Under the pieces are notes generated by a model. The model saw only the letters and a program-made list of their open reading frames with translations. It was not told the DNA's origin and searched no databases. From the NCBI GenBank assembly GCA_963705165.1, contig CAVPJD010000033.1:1-64000 (forward strand): a DNA stretch of 64,000 nt, written 5' to 3'. Numbering within the stretch: the stretch's first letter is position 1; each line of letters starts with the position of its first letter. Shown in pieces: positions 30,838-41,127 of the stretch. The position numbers were made by a program, and so were the translations under genes. This stretch comes from an uncultured delta proteobacterium (GTDB lineage: Bacteria; Desulfobacterota; Syntrophia; Syntrophales; UBA2192).

Positions 30838-31704
30838 ATGAAAAAGACCAGACTGTTTTTCGCGGTGCTGTTGAGTTTGTTCCTCATGAGCTCACTGTGC
30901 GACCAGGCTCTAGCGGCCGGTGAGGGATCGAGGCTTGCCGACTTCTATCTCACGAAACTGCCGGCACCGGCCCTGGACCCGTCCCCGACGCTGGATCAGG
31001 CCATGAAGATCCAGGCCGAATTCAACAAGGCCATCACGCCCGTATTCGGCAAGGTGGTGGGCTACAAGGCCGGCCTCACGAACCCCAGCGTCCAGAAGGT
31101 CTTCGGCGTCACGGCACCTGTCCGAGGGACCCTCATGGAAAAGATGATCCTCAAATCCGGCACGACCATCGAGGCTAATTTCGGGGCACAGCCGCTCTAT
31201 GAGGGGGACCTGATCCTCCGGGTCGGAAGCGATGCCATCAACGGGGCGACAACCCCGATGGAGGCCCTCCGGTACATCGACGCGGCCATCCCCTTCATCG
31301 AGCTTCCCGACCTCGTCTTTGCAAAAGGGGTAAAGATCAATGGCCTCATGCTGGCCGCCGTCAATGTGGCCGCCCGATACGGCATTGTGGGGGAGCCGAT
31401 CCCCGTTCAGGCAAACGCCGAATGGATGGAGCGTTTGAAGATTTTCAAATGCCAGATTTATGACGAAAAGGGAACCATGCTGATCGAGGGCCCCGGAAGC
31501 AATCTAATGGAGCATCCGATGAACGTCGTCCTGTGGATCCGGGATTCGCTCAAGGCGGAGGGCATCGCGCTGAAGAAGGGGGATCTCCTGTCTCTCGGCA
31601 CGATCACGAAGCTCACCCCAACGGCGCCCAACACGACCGTCTTTGCACGGTACGTCGGCCTGGACCCGAAAGGCCACGTCGTCATTTCCGTGAACTTCAA
31701 ATAG
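30838..31704 (+). CDS. FAH-superfamily 2-oxo-enoate hydratase-like protein with signal peptide
   Basis: GYKAGLT, EGD, IELPD, GD.LSLGT; N-terminus MKKTR + hydrophobic core + ALA; GGAGG RBS. Confidence 0.8.
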   Translation: MKKTRLFFAVLLSLFLMSSLCDQALAAGEGSRLADFYLTKLPAPALDPSPTLDQAMKIQAEFNKAITPVFGKVVGYKAGLTNPSVQKVFGVTAPVRGTLMEKMILKSGTTIEANFGAQPLYEGDLILRVGSDAINGATTPMEALRYIDAAIPFIELPDLVFAKGVKINGLMLAAVNVAARYGIVGEPIPVQANAEWMERLKIFKCQIYDEKGTMLIEGPGSNLMEHPMNVVLWIRDSLKAEGIALKKGDLLSLGTITKLTPTAPNTTVFARYVGLDPKGHVVISVNFK

Positions 31705-31747
31705 GCGGGGTGCAGGATCCGATCCCATAACGACTTCTAATCATGAC

Positions 31748-31784
31748 AAGGCCCGCCCTGAGTTAAAACAGGACGGGCCTTTTT
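31748..31784 (+). terminator. Intrinsic terminator between convergent genes
   Basis: AAGGCCCGCCCTG...CAGGACGGGCCTTTTT. Confidence 0.75.
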
Positions 31785-31803
31785 CACATTTTCGAAATAG
31801 GGA

Positions 31804-32181
31804 TTACTTCCCGCAGATCACCGAGATCTCGATTGCGGCATCGCGGGGGAGCTTCGCCACCTGGACGGTTTCCCGGGCGGGGGGCGCCTGTGCGAAATAC
31901 CGGCCGTAAATTTCGTTGAATTTCGCAAAATCGTTCATGTCTTTCAGGAAGACCGTTGACTTGAGGACGTTTGTCAGCCCCATCCCGGCCGCTTCGATGA
32001 CGGCCTTGAGATTTTCCAAAATGCGAACGGCCTGCGTCTCGATATCGCCCCCGGCCATCTCGCCTGTCCCGGGGTCCAGGGCGATCATGCCCGAGACAAA
32101 GAGCAGATCGCCGTACCGCACGGCCTGCGAGTAGGGGCCGATTGCCTTGGGCGCATCCGGTGTGCTGATGATCGTCTTCAT
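31804..32181 (-). CDS. ridA: RidA-family enamine/imine deaminase
   Basis: APKAIGPYSQA, PPAR (catalytic Arg), LP...IEI. Confidence 0.93.
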   Translation of the reverse strand: MKTIISTPDAPKAIGPYSQAVRYGDLLFVSGMIALDPGTGEMAGGDIETQAVRILENLKAVIEAAGMGLTNVLKSTVFLKDMNDFAKFNEIYGRYFAQAPPARETVQVAKLPRDAAIEISVICGK

Positions 32182-32346
32182 GCCGACCCTCCTTTCATGC
32201 ATCCGATCTATTGTGAAATGGATCATACCACGGAAGCCCAGGACGACAAACGAAATCTCGGCCCACAGGGGCATATTTACTTTTCAGTTGACACTATCCG
32301 CCTTTCCCTATAAAAAAATGAAGCTTTAATAGCAGGAGGTCTAGGC

Positions 32347-33465
32347 ATGAAAAAGCTTGCCGTACTCGTCGCCGTCGTTGCGATTTTTGCATTCCTTGCA
32401 GTCCCAACCGCCAGGGCTGCCGAACCCATCAAGATCGGGGCCGCCTTCGCCCTGTCCGGAAGCATCGCCGTCTACGGCGAGGGTTTCAAAAAATGCATCG
32501 ATCTCGCCGTCGAGGAGATCAATGCCAAGGGCGGCATCAAGGGAAGAAAGATCGAGATCGTCTATGAGGACAACAAGAGCAACCCCAAGGACTGCGTCAC
32601 CGCCGTCCGCAAGCTCATCACCGTGGACAAAGTCCCCGTGATCTTCGGGCCCGCCGGAAGCTCCAACTTCATGGCCACGGCCCCCGTCGCCCAGGAAAAC
32701 AAGGTGGTCCTGCTCTCGGCCCAGGGCGCAGCGGTCGGCCTGACCAAGGCCGGCGATTACATCTTCCGTGTGTTCCCCTCCGACACCCTCCAGGGCCCTC
32801 ACCTGGCGAAACTTGCCATCGACATGGGCTACAAGAAAGTCCCCGTCATGTACGTCAACAACGACTGGGGCCTCGGTCTCAAGGATGCCTTCGTGGATGC
32901 CTACAAGAAGATGGGCGGCACGGTGACGGACATCATCGCCTATGATGAGAAGAAGACGGACTACCGAACCGAGCTTTTGCGGGCCAGCAAGGGAGCCCCC
33001 CCGGCCATTGTGAACCTGACCTACATCAACGAGGGCGCCGTGCAGTTCAAGCAGGCCTACGAGATGGGCATCAAGACGCAGTGGCTCTGCGGATCGGCCG
33101 CCAGGGCCCCCAAGATGGTGGAGTTGGCCGGCAAGGCCGCCGAGGGGGTCATCGGCACGTATCCCTCCGTCCCCCAGAGCACGAAACAATACCAGGCCTT
33201 CAAGGAAGCGTACAAAAAGAAGTACGGCGATGACAAGATCCCGATCTTCGGCGATTACAACTACGACATGGTCTACGTCACGGCCAAGGCCATCGAGAAA
33301 GGCGGCTACACGGCCGACGGCATTCGCAAGGCCCTGCCCGCCGCCGCGAAGGGTTATAAGGGCGTGACCGGAGACAAGACCTTCGACGCGGAGAGAAGCC
33401 CGAAATTCGCCGAATACGGCATCTGGATCGTAAAGGACGGCAAGATCGAGGATTACAAGAAATAA
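32347..33465 (+). CDS. Branched-chain amino acid-type ABC transporter, substrate-binding protein
   Basis: Signal peptide, IKIG...LSG, EINAKGGI.G LIV-BP fold. Confidence 0.92.
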   Translation: MKKLAVLVAVVAIFAFLAVPTARAAEPIKIGAAFALSGSIAVYGEGFKKCIDLAVEEINAKGGIKGRKIEIVYEDNKSNPKDCVTAVRKLITVDKVPVIFGPAGSSNFMATAPVAQENKVVLLSAQGAAVGLTKAGDYIFRVFPSDTLQGPHLAKLAIDMGYKKVPVMYVNNDWGLGLKDAFVDAYKKMGGTVTDIIAYDEKKTDYRTELLRASKGAPPAIVNLTYINEGAVQFKQAYEMGIKTQWLCGSAARAPKMVELAGKAAEGVIGTYPSVPQSTKQYQAFKEAYKKKYGDDKIPIFGDYNYDMVYVTAKAIEKGGYTADGIRKALPAAAKGYKGVTGDKTFDAERSPKFAEYGIWIVKDGKIEDYKK

Positions 33466-33493
33466 TCGAACATCGACTCGACTGGACTGACCG

Positions 33494-33535
33494 GGAGGGA
33501 TCCGGCCGTCGTTTCGGCCGGATCCTCCTTTTTTT
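33494..33535 (+). terminator. Hairpin + U-tract between SBP and permease genes
   Basis: GGAGGGATCCGGCCG...CGGCCGGATCCTCC TTTTTTT. Confidence 0.75.
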
Positions 33536-33538
33536 CAT

Positions 33539-34414
33539 ATGGATTCTTTCAGCTATTACCTTCAGACCCTCCTGAACGGCATCCTCGCGGGCTGCATTTA
33601 CGCCCTGTTTGCCATGGGGCTGACTCTCATCTACGGCGTGCTCAACTTCGTGAACTTCGCCCATGGCGAACTGATCATGTGGGGGGCCTACTTCCTTTTC
33701 CTCTTCATGGCGGAACCTTTCGGACTGCCCCTCTATGTTGCGATCCTCCCGGCACTGGCACTGACGGGGTGCCTCGGGCTTGCCATGGACTACTCCGTCT
33801 TCCGCACCATCCGCAGGGCAAACCGCCTTACGCTCCTCATCGCCGCCATGGGTCTTTCCGTATTGCTTCGCAACGCGGCGCAGTTCTTCTGGGGCGCCGA
33901 GGTGCGGACCTACGGCTTTGAAGTCATGCACGGGACGCAGTTTCTCGGCCTCTATCTCACGACGCCGCAGTTCGCCATCATCGGGGTAACGTTGCTCTGT
34001 GTCGTCGGTGTCTACCTTCTTTTCTTCAAATCACGTCTCGGCAAATCGATGAGGGCCCTGTCGGACAACCTGGATCTTGCCCGGATATCGGGCATCGACA
34101 CGAAACGCTCCATTCTCGCCGCCTGGGTCATCTCGGCGGTCCTGGCCGGCATCGGCGGGATCCTGCTTGCCCTCGACACGAACCTCCACCCCGAGATGGG
34201 CATCGCCAACCTCATCAAGGCCTTCGCCGCAACCCTCATCGGCGGTGTGGGGAACCTCTGGGGCGCGCTGCTGGGGGGGCTTCTCATCGGGCTTGCGGAA
34301 AACATCGGCGTGCTCTTCATCTCGCCGGGCTACAAGGACGGGATCGCCTTCGTCATCATGGTGCTGATCCTTCTGGCCCGCCCCTATGTCATCCTCGGCG
34401 ACAGGAGCGACTGA
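33539..34414 (+). CDS. livH: LIV-type ABC permease (LivH-like)
   Basis: GLTLIYGVL..VNFAHGE, G..MRA...N..LA..SGI. Confidence 0.9.
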   Translation: MDSFSYYLQTLLNGILAGCIYALFAMGLTLIYGVLNFVNFAHGELIMWGAYFLFLFMAEPFGLPLYVAILPALALTGCLGLAMDYSVFRTIRRANRLTLLIAAMGLSVLLRNAAQFFWGAEVRTYGFEVMHGTQFLGLYLTTPQFAIIGVTLLCVVGVYLLFFKSRLGKSMRALSDNLDLARISGIDTKRSILAAWVISAVLAGIGGILLALDTNLHPEMGIANLIKAFAATLIGGVGNLWGALLGGLLIGLAENIGVLFISPGYKDGIAFVIMVLILLARPYVILGDRSD

Positions 34415-35292
34415 TGGATCTGCTCCTTCACCTGAGCGTCGTCATCGCCATCTACGCCATCTTCGCGCTGAGCCTCAATGTCGAGGTGGGCTATACGGGG
34501 CTCTTCAACTTCGGGCACGTGGCCTTTTTCGCCATCGGCGCCTATACGTCGGCGCTGCTGACCCTCGCCGGTATCCCTTTTATCTGGAGCCTCCCCGCCG
34601 CCCTGGCAATGGCGGGTCTTTGCGGGTTTCTCCTGAGCATCCCCGCCCTCAAGCTCCAGGGGGATTACTTCGGGATCGCGACACTCGGCTTCGGCGAGAT
34701 CCTCCGGATGATTTTCAACAACGAAGTCTGGCTCACCAAGGGACCCATGGGGCTTCCCGGGATCCCGAGGCCCGAGTTCTTCGGGTTCATCTTCGACACC
34801 CTCCCCCGTTACCTGGCCCTCTCGTCGGGCTTTGCCCTGCTCACCTTTGCCATCCTGGCCTTCGTCGTCCTGAGCCCCTTCGGCAGGGCCCTGAAGTCCG
34901 TGCGCGACGACGAGACGGCGGCGGAGATCCTCGGCAAAAACGCCTATCGCTTCAAGATCAAGTCCTTCGTCATCGGCTCCGTCTTTGCGGGTCTCGCAGG
35001 GGTGCTCTGGGCCCACTACGCAACGTTTATCAGCCCCGGAGATTTCACGCTGACCGAGACGATCCTCGTGCTGCTCATCGTCGTCATGGGCGGAAAGGGA
35101 ACCTTCCTGGGACCCGTTGTGGGGGCCGTCGTTCTCATTTTCTTCCAGGAGTCGGTCCGATTCCTGCGGCTCCCGCCCGAGTGGACCCGGCTGCTGGGTC
35201 CGCTGCAGCAGATGATCTTCGGGCTGCTGCTCGTCGTCCTCATGGTCTTTCGCCCCGAGGGAATCATCCGCGAAAAAGGGGGGCAGCGGTGA
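34414..35292 (+). CDS. livM: LIV-type ABC permease (LivM-like)
   Basis: GYTGLFNFGH, GDYF.IATLGFGEI, RDDE.AA, RPEGI. Confidence 0.9.
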   Translation: MDLLLHLSVVIAIYAIFALSLNVEVGYTGLFNFGHVAFFAIGAYTSALLTLAGIPFIWSLPAALAMAGLCGFLLSIPALKLQGDYFGIATLGFGEILRMIFNNEVWLTKGPMGLPGIPRPEFFGFIFDTLPRYLALSSGFALLTFAILAFVVLSPFGRALKSVRDDETAAEILGKNAYRFKIKSFVIGSVFAGLAGVLWAHYATFISPGDFTLTETILVLLIVVMGGKGTFLGPVVGAVVLIFFQESVRFLRLPPEWTRLLGPLQQMIFGLLLVVLMVFRPEGIIREKGGQR

Positions 35293-36038
35293 TTGAGATC
35301 CGGAACGTGACGAAGGCCTTCGGCGGCACGCGCGCCGTTTCCGATTGCTCGATCAGCCTCGACGGCCTGAGCATCTCCGGGCTCATCGGACCCAACGGGA
35401 GCGGCAAGACGACCCTCTTCAACCTCATCACGGGCCTTCTCAAACCCGACAGCGGGGAGATCCATTTCCTGGGAAACCGGATCGACGGCCGCCTGCCCCA
35501 CGACATGGCGGCCCTGGGCCTCATCCGCACCTTTCAGCTCTCAAGAGTATTCCCCAGGATGACGGTGCTGGAGAACATGCTGCTTGCCCCCCAGGGCCAG
35601 ACGGGGGAGCGTTTGCTCTCCCTGTGGTTGAGCCAGCCGAAAATCCGGAAGGAGGAATCGGAAAACCGGGAGCGGGCTCTGGAGCTTCTCGAGCTGTTGG
35701 GTCTCACACGGCTGCACGACCAGTTCGCCGAGAACCTCTCCTACGGGCAGCAGAAGCTCCTGGAGCTGGGCCGGGCCCTCATGGCGAAACCGAAGATGAT
35801 TCTCCTGGACGAGCCCACGGCGGGGATCAACCCCACGCTGATCCGGACGATGATCGAGATGATCCTCAAGATGAGGGAGCGCGGCCAGACATTTTTCATC
35901 ATCGAGCACAACATGGACGTGGTCATCGAGGTTTGCGAGAAGGTCTTCGTTCTCGACCACGGTGAGAAGATCGCCGAGGGACGTCCGGAGGAAATCCAGA
36001 AAGACCCCCGCGTGATCGAGGCCTACCTGGGACTATGA
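35289..36038 (+). CDS. livG: LIV-type ABC ATPase (LivG-like)
   Basis: GPNGSGKT, LSYGQQK, LLDEPTAG, VIEAYLG. Confidence 0.92.
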   Translation: MIEIRNVTKAFGGTRAVSDCSISLDGLSISGLIGPNGSGKTTLFNLITGLLKPDSGEIHFLGNRIDGRLPHDMAALGLIRTFQLSRVFPRMTVLENMLLAPQGQTGERLLSLWLSQPKIRKEESENRERALELLELLGLTRLHDQFAENLSYGQQKLLELGRALMAKPKMILLDEPTAGINPTLIRTMIEMILKMRERGQTFFIIEHNMDVVIEVCEKVFVLDHGEKIAEGRPEEIQKDPRVIEAYLGL

Positions 36039-36742
36039 GACTGGAAGCGAAAGACATCTACGCCGGCTACGGCAAGATCGAGGTTCTTCACGGGGCAACC
36101 CTCCGTGCAGCCGAGGGGGAGATCATCTGCATCATCGGTCCCAACGGCTCGGGAAAATCGACCCTGCTGAAAACGGTCTTCGGCCTTCTGAAGCCGACGA
36201 AGGGCACGGTGAGCTTCGACGGGAAGGACATCACCCGGCTCGAGCCCGAGCAGAAGGTGCGTCTCGGAATCGCCTTCATCCCCCAGGGCCGGAACGTCTT
36301 TCCCTCGCTCACGGTCCGCGAGAACCTCGAGATGGGCGGCACGGTCCTCGACGATGAAAAGGCCGTCCAGCACGCGATCGAGGAGGCCCTCGAGTCGTAC
36401 CCTCTTCTCAAGAGAAAAATCCGTGACAAGGCGGGAAACCTCTCGGGCGGCGAAAAGCAGATCCTCTCGCTTGCGCGGGCCGACATGGTCAAACCAGGCC
36501 TCATCCTGATGGACGAGCCATCCATAGGCCTCTCCCCGAGAATGATCGACGAGGTCTATTTGAAGATCGCGGAGATCAACCGCCGGGGCACCACCTTCGC
36601 CATCGTCGAACAGAACGCCCGGAAGGCCCTCTCGATAGCCCACCGGGGCTATGTCCTGGATCTGGGCAGAACCCGCCTGGAGGATACGGGCGCGGGGCTT
36701 CTCGACAACGAAGAAGTAAAGAAGCTCTACCTCGGGGGATAG
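36035..36742 (+). CDS. livF: LIV-type ABC ATPase (LivF-like)
   Basis: GPNGSGKS, LSGGE, DEPSIGLSP, VEQNA, YLGG. Confidence 0.92.
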   Translation: MRLEAKDIYAGYGKIEVLHGATLRAAEGEIICIIGPNGSGKSTLLKTVFGLLKPTKGTVSFDGKDITRLEPEQKVRLGIAFIPQGRNVFPSLTVRENLEMGGTVLDDEKAVQHAIEEALESYPLLKRKIRDKAGNLSGGEKQILSLARADMVKPGLILMDEPSIGLSPRMIDEVYLKIAEINRRGTTFAIVEQNARKALSIAHRGYVLDLGRTRLEDTGAGLLDNEEVKKLYLGG

Positions 36743-36777
36743 GGGCAAGGGTCCAGGGTCGAGGGTTCAGGGTACAG
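36741..36777 (+). repeat. 7-bp tandem array at livF stop
   Basis: AGGGGCA AGGGTCC AGGGTCG AGGGTTC AGGGTAC. Confidence 0.85.
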
Positions 36778-36808
36778 ACAAAGACTTTGAAGCAAAACGG
36801 GTTGAGCG

Positions 36809-37588
36809 CTACCCCTGGTCTGACCTCCTGCGCTTGCCGACGGAGGCCAGGTAGATCGTGAATTCGTCCTTCCCGTCGACTTTCAAGAGATGATCCATTG
36901 CCTGCTGATCGTAGGCGGCAACAGCGCAGGTCCCTGCGCCTATGGCCTCGCAGGCCAGGTAGAGGTTCTGACAGACATGCCCGGCGTCAAGGGCGATCAC
37001 CTTGGCCGCGGCCAGGCTGTAGCGCCACTCCATGCGGTAGGGTATGGCCGTCCAGACAAACGTCACCGCCGCTTCTCCCGGGTAGGGTTGGCCGAAGATG
37101 GCCCCGACCATTTTATCCGGCAGCTTCTCGTCGGCGCGCACGAGCAGAAGCTGGTGCTCGACGGGAAGATAACGGTAGAGCCCAGCCAAAAGCCCCTTCA
37201 CGTGATTGACACACAGATACGTTTCCAGGGCGTGACGGCACCCGGCCGACGGCACCGTCCGCAAGGCGTGAGCCTCGTCCATGCGTGTCCGGATCCCCTG
37301 GGTCGCCCAGAGAAGGAAGCTCAGCTCATCCAGGGTCATGGCTTCCCGGGTATAGACGCGCCGGCTTTTGCGGTTTCGGATGGCTTTCGTGAGATCGAAT
37401 GCCGGGATGTCCTGCCACTTGCCGTATTTGGCCAGGTCGATGCGCACCGCGTCGGGCGGGAAAGGCTTTTCGATCGGCGGTGACTCAACGCCCCGATTCT
37501 GATCGGTTTCCGAGAAATCGATCTCCTTTCGGATGCTGTCCTTCAGAAAGTAGCGAAACTGCTCCAGGATCTTCTTATTGACTTCCAT
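36809..37588 (-). CDS. SagB/ThcOx-family FMN dehydrogenase (nitroreductase fold)
   Basis: RKSRR, LLWATQG, RTVPSAG..HALE, LDAGH..QN.YL. Confidence 0.88.
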   Translation of the reverse strand: MEVNKKILEQFRYFLKDSIRKEIDFSETDQNRGVESPPIEKPFPPDAVRIDLAKYGKWQDIPAFDLTKAIRNRKSRRVYTREAMTLDELSFLLWATQGIRTRMDEAHALRTVPSAGCRHALETYLCVNHVKGLLAGLYRYLPVEHQLLLVRADEKLPDKMVGAIFGQPYPGEAAVTFVWTAIPYRMEWRYSLAAAKVIALDAGHVCQNLYLACEAIGAGTCAVAAYDQQAMDHLLKVDGKDEFTIYLASVGKRRRSDQG

Positions 37589-37701
37589 GACTCCGAACTC
37601 CCTGCTGTGCCTTTCGATGAGTACGGCGCCGAGCGCCCGGTGTCATCTTTTCCCAGGACCGGCGGCACAGCGGTCAACCTGCCTGGGCGGGGAGATGCCT
37701 T

Positions 37702-39638
37702 TCAGCGTCTTCTCCCCTGTTGTTTCTGACTCTCGAGGACGATATCGAGATTTCGGCGGGCTTGCGTAAAGTTCGGCCTTATCCGCAGCGCTTCCCGGAA
37801 ATGAGATGCCGCCTCCGCTGTTTTCCCTTCCATCATGAGCACTTTTCCAAGGTCGTTGTGAGCCTCCGCGTAGTTCGGCCTCAACGCAAGGGCATCCCTG
37901 AATTGCCCGGCAGCCTCCGGAAGACGGCCCTGGCTGGCCAGGGCCACGCCATAGTTGTAGTGAAAACCGGCGTTGGCCGGTTCGATCCGCAGGGCCTTCT
38001 CGTATTGGGCTGCCGCTTCCTCAAAACTTCCCTGCGAAGCGAGCAGCACACCGAGGTTGTTGTGGGCGTTTGCGTAATCCGGCCGGATCCGGACGGCTTC
38101 CCTGTAATGGAGCAGGGCTTCGTCCTTCCGGCCCGTTGAAACATAATAATTCGCCAGGTTGAAGTGGCCGCCCGACGAATTCGGGTTGATCCGGAGCGCC
38201 TCCCGGTAATGCTCCGCGGCTTCTCCGCCCTTCCCTGCGCGGTTCAAGGCAACACCGAGATTGAGATGGGCCAGGCTGTTTTGCTCCGTCACGCGCAGCG
38301 CATGCTCGAAGAGCGTGACGCTGCTTCGCCAGTGGGAGATCTGGTTCCACGTCACCACGGACAGGCCGGCAAAAACGACCCCCGTGAGGGCCGCAAGGAT
38401 TTTTCTCCCCTGGGGTTGACGGCTCGCAAGATCGCCTGCCCCCCAGACAACGGCGATGAAAAGCCCGATGTGCGGCACATAGGTATACCGGTCGGCCATG
38501 GCCTGCATGCCCACCTGGACGATCCCGATCACCGGAACGAGCGTCCCGAGATACCAGAACCACCCGACGAAAGCGTAGGGAACGCGCTTCCGGAAACGGA
38601 TGGCAAGGAAGGTGACAGCGCCGATCAGGGCGGCCGAGACGAGCACCTGCCATGCGGCGATACCGTCCGTGTAGGGATAAAAGACGGCAAGACCCTGCGG
38701 AAAGACGGTCTTTACGAGGTAGGAGGCATAGGAGACCAGGGCATTGCCCAGTCGCCTCAGCAGCGCGATGTCCTCGAGGGGGCTCATCGCACCGCCCTTC
38801 TGCTGGGCGAGGAAGGTTATGATCGAGGACAGGATCGTGAGCGCGAACAAGGGGATCTTTTCCGTCACAAGAGCCCAGGGTACGACCGCGGCAGCGGGGG
38901 GCTCCCTTCGCTCCGGAGGAGCCGGGGGGTGCTCCCCGGCCTCCTTTTTCTTTTGCTTCTTCCTTTTCCCCGGGGATTCGATGCCCGGCGTCGGCAGCGC
39001 TTTCGGAGCCGGCTTTTCCGGAGCATGAAGTATCGACCTAGGGGCCAGTAATCCAACAGCAGCAGGACAAAGGGCAACGTGACGAGCATGGGCTTGGAGA
39101 GCAGTCCGAGGGCAAAAAAGGCCACAACCGGGATCATTCGGACGATACCGGGGCTGCGCGTGTAAACAAAATAGGCCCAGAGGGTCAACAGCAGGAAGAA
39201 GGTGCTGAGGACATCCTTGCGCTCGGCTACCCAGGCCACGGACTCCACGTGCAGGGGGTGAAGGGCGAACAGGAACGCCACGGCGGCGCTTTGCCAGAGG
39301 GTCTGCGTCATCCGGTTCAGGAGAAAGAAGAGCAGCAGCGTGTTTGCGACGTGAAAAACCAGGCTGACCAGATGATGACCTGCCGGGTCCATTCCGAAGA
39401 ATTGGACATCCAGCTGATGGGAAAGCCATGTCAGCGGGTGCCAGTTGCTGGCATGGGTCGTGGTGAGAGCCCAGGTCAGATTGCCTGCCGTGAGGCCCCC
39501 TCTCACATGGGGATTATGGGTGACGTATTGCTCATCGTCGAGGTTGATGAAATCGTGGCCACGGACTTGCCAGAAGACGGCAAGCGTCACCAGCGCGAGA
39601 ACGAGCGGGATAGCGATTTTCCAATTCCGGGTGGTCAT
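37702..39638 (-). CDS. TMTC-like GT-C membrane protein with C-terminal TPRs, frameshift near 39030
   Basis: NLDD, NWHPLTWLS, HPLHVESVAW..ERKD, ADRYTY, multiple TM helices, ~5-6 TPR repeats; two overlapping ORFs join. Confidence 0.8.
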
Positions 39639-39719
39639 TCGCCCTGATCATATTATCTGGTTTTTGCTGCTTTCCGTTCCTCACCGCATCGGGCAGTCCG
39701 CGCCGCTTCCACGGGTTCG

Positions 39720-40904
39720 CTATTTCCTGCAGAGCGCCATGACCTCGCCGAAGCCCTTCATGGAGTTGACGATTGTGGCATCGTCGACGCAGTAGGCGAT
39801 CCGAAAGTAACCGGGTGCGCCGAAGCCGCTTCCGGGAACCGTGAGGATGTTTTTTTTCTGCAGGGCCCGAACGAACTCCACATCGTCGGCAATCGGGGTC
39901 TTCGGGAAGAGGTAGAAAGCCCCTTCGGGCTTAGTGAACTCGTACCCGTGTGCGGCAAGTCCGTCGCATAGAAGATCCCGCTTTCTTTTGTACTCCTGCA
40001 CGTTGACCTTCGCATCGAGGACCTTCGGCAGGACCCGCTGGATGAAGGCGGGCGCGTTGACGAAGCCGAGCATGCGGTTGCACATGACGAGGCCGCCCAA
40101 CAGCAATTCAAGGCCGTCCGCCTCGGGGTTCACGGCGATGAATCCGATGCGCTCGCCGGGGACGGAGAGGGTTTTCGAATAGGAGTTGGCGATGAGACTG
40201 TGCCGATAAGCCTTCAGCAGGCTCGGGACCTTCACGCCGTCGTAGACGATCTTGTCGTAGGGTTCATCGGAGATGAGGTGGATGCTGCGTCCGAACTTCT
40301 TTCCCTTGTCCTCGAGCATCAACGCAAGGGCCCGGATCGAGGCCTCGTCATAAACCCGGCCCGTTGGGTTGTTCGGCGAGTTGATGAGGATCGCCTTCGT
40401 TCTCTCCGTGATGGCCTCCTCGATGGCCCACAGGTCGAGGGCGAAGTCCTCCTTCGTCTTCACCAGCTTCGTGACCCCGTTGTGGTTGTCCACGTAGGTC
40501 CGGTACTCGACAAAGAAGGGAACGGGGGTGATGACCTCGTCGCCGGGGTCGAGGAGGGTCTTCAGGATCACGTTCAGGGCCCCTGCAGCCCCGCAGGTCA
40601 TGATGACATGCTCGGGCCCCAGTTTCACGCCGTGCTCCCTGCCCAGCTGGGCGGCCACGGCCGCCCTTGTCTCGGGATAGCCCGCGTTGGGCATGTATCC
40701 GTGCACACCCGGCCGCTCGTCTTTTGCCACTTCGAGGAAGGCCTTGAGCAGTTCCCGCGGCGGTTGCACATTCGGGTTCCCCAGGCTGAAATCGAAGACG
40801 TTCTCGGCCCCGAACTGCTGCTTGAGCCGGATACCGTCCTCGAACATCTTCCGGATCCATGAGGACTGGGTGATCATTCCCTCGATCTTCTTTGAAACCG
40901 CCAT
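39720..40904 (-). CDS. Class I PLP-dependent aminotransferase
   Basis: SSWIRKMFE, FDFSLGNP, NSPNNPTG, SDEPY, SYSK.LS.PGERIG. Confidence 0.92.
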   Translation of the reverse strand: MAVSKKIEGMITQSSWIRKMFEDGIRLKQQFGAENVFDFSLGNPNVQPPRELLKAFLEVAKDERPGVHGYMPNAGYPETRAAVAAQLGREHGVKLGPEHVIMTCGAAGALNVILKTLLDPGDEVITPVPFFVEYRTYVDNHNGVTKLVKTKEDFALDLWAIEEAITERTKAILINSPNNPTGRVYDEASIRALALMLEDKGKKFGRSIHLISDEPYDKIVYDGVKVPSLLKAYRHSLIANSYSKTLSVPGERIGFIAVNPEADGLELLLGGLVMCNRMLGFVNAPAFIQRVLPKVLDAKVNVQEYKRKRDLLCDGLAAHGYEFTKPEGAFYLFPKTPIADDVEFVRALQKKNILTVPGSGFGAPGYFRIAYCVDDATIVNSMKGFGEVMALCRK

Positions 40905-40927
40905 GGTTTCTCTCCTTTCGCAAAAAA

Positions 40928-41014
40928 CAGGCATGAGGCTACGGGCAACAGGTATTAGGAATGGTAGCAGTGTTTCTTTATTCCTGACGCCCAGTGCCTG
41001 GTGCCTGATGCCTG
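40928..41014. repeat. Inverted pair of 7-bp degenerate arrays (same family as 3829-3917)
   Basis: CAGGCAT GAGGCTA CGGGCAA CAGGTAT TAGG ... CCTGACG CCCAGTG CCTGGTG CCTGATG CCTG. Confidence 0.85.
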
Positions 41015-41068
41015 CGTTTGACTAGCACATCCGGCTCGCGGCCGTCAACAAAAGAGTCCCGAAACTGC

Positions 41069-41097
41069 TTGACATTTCGCAACCCTTCCTCTAACAT
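41069..41097 (+). promoter_or_regulatory. Putative sigma70 promoter of MBL-adk unit
   Basis: TTGACA-17bp-TAACAT. Confidence 0.7.
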
Positions 41098-41127
41098 CCC
41101 GACCGGTTTGGAGGGGGTGCAGAGGCC

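Noticed and set aside
36809..37588. SagB as part of a RiPP (azole) cluster
   Set aside because: No YcaO, E1-like protein or Cys/Ser/Thr-rich precursor nearby
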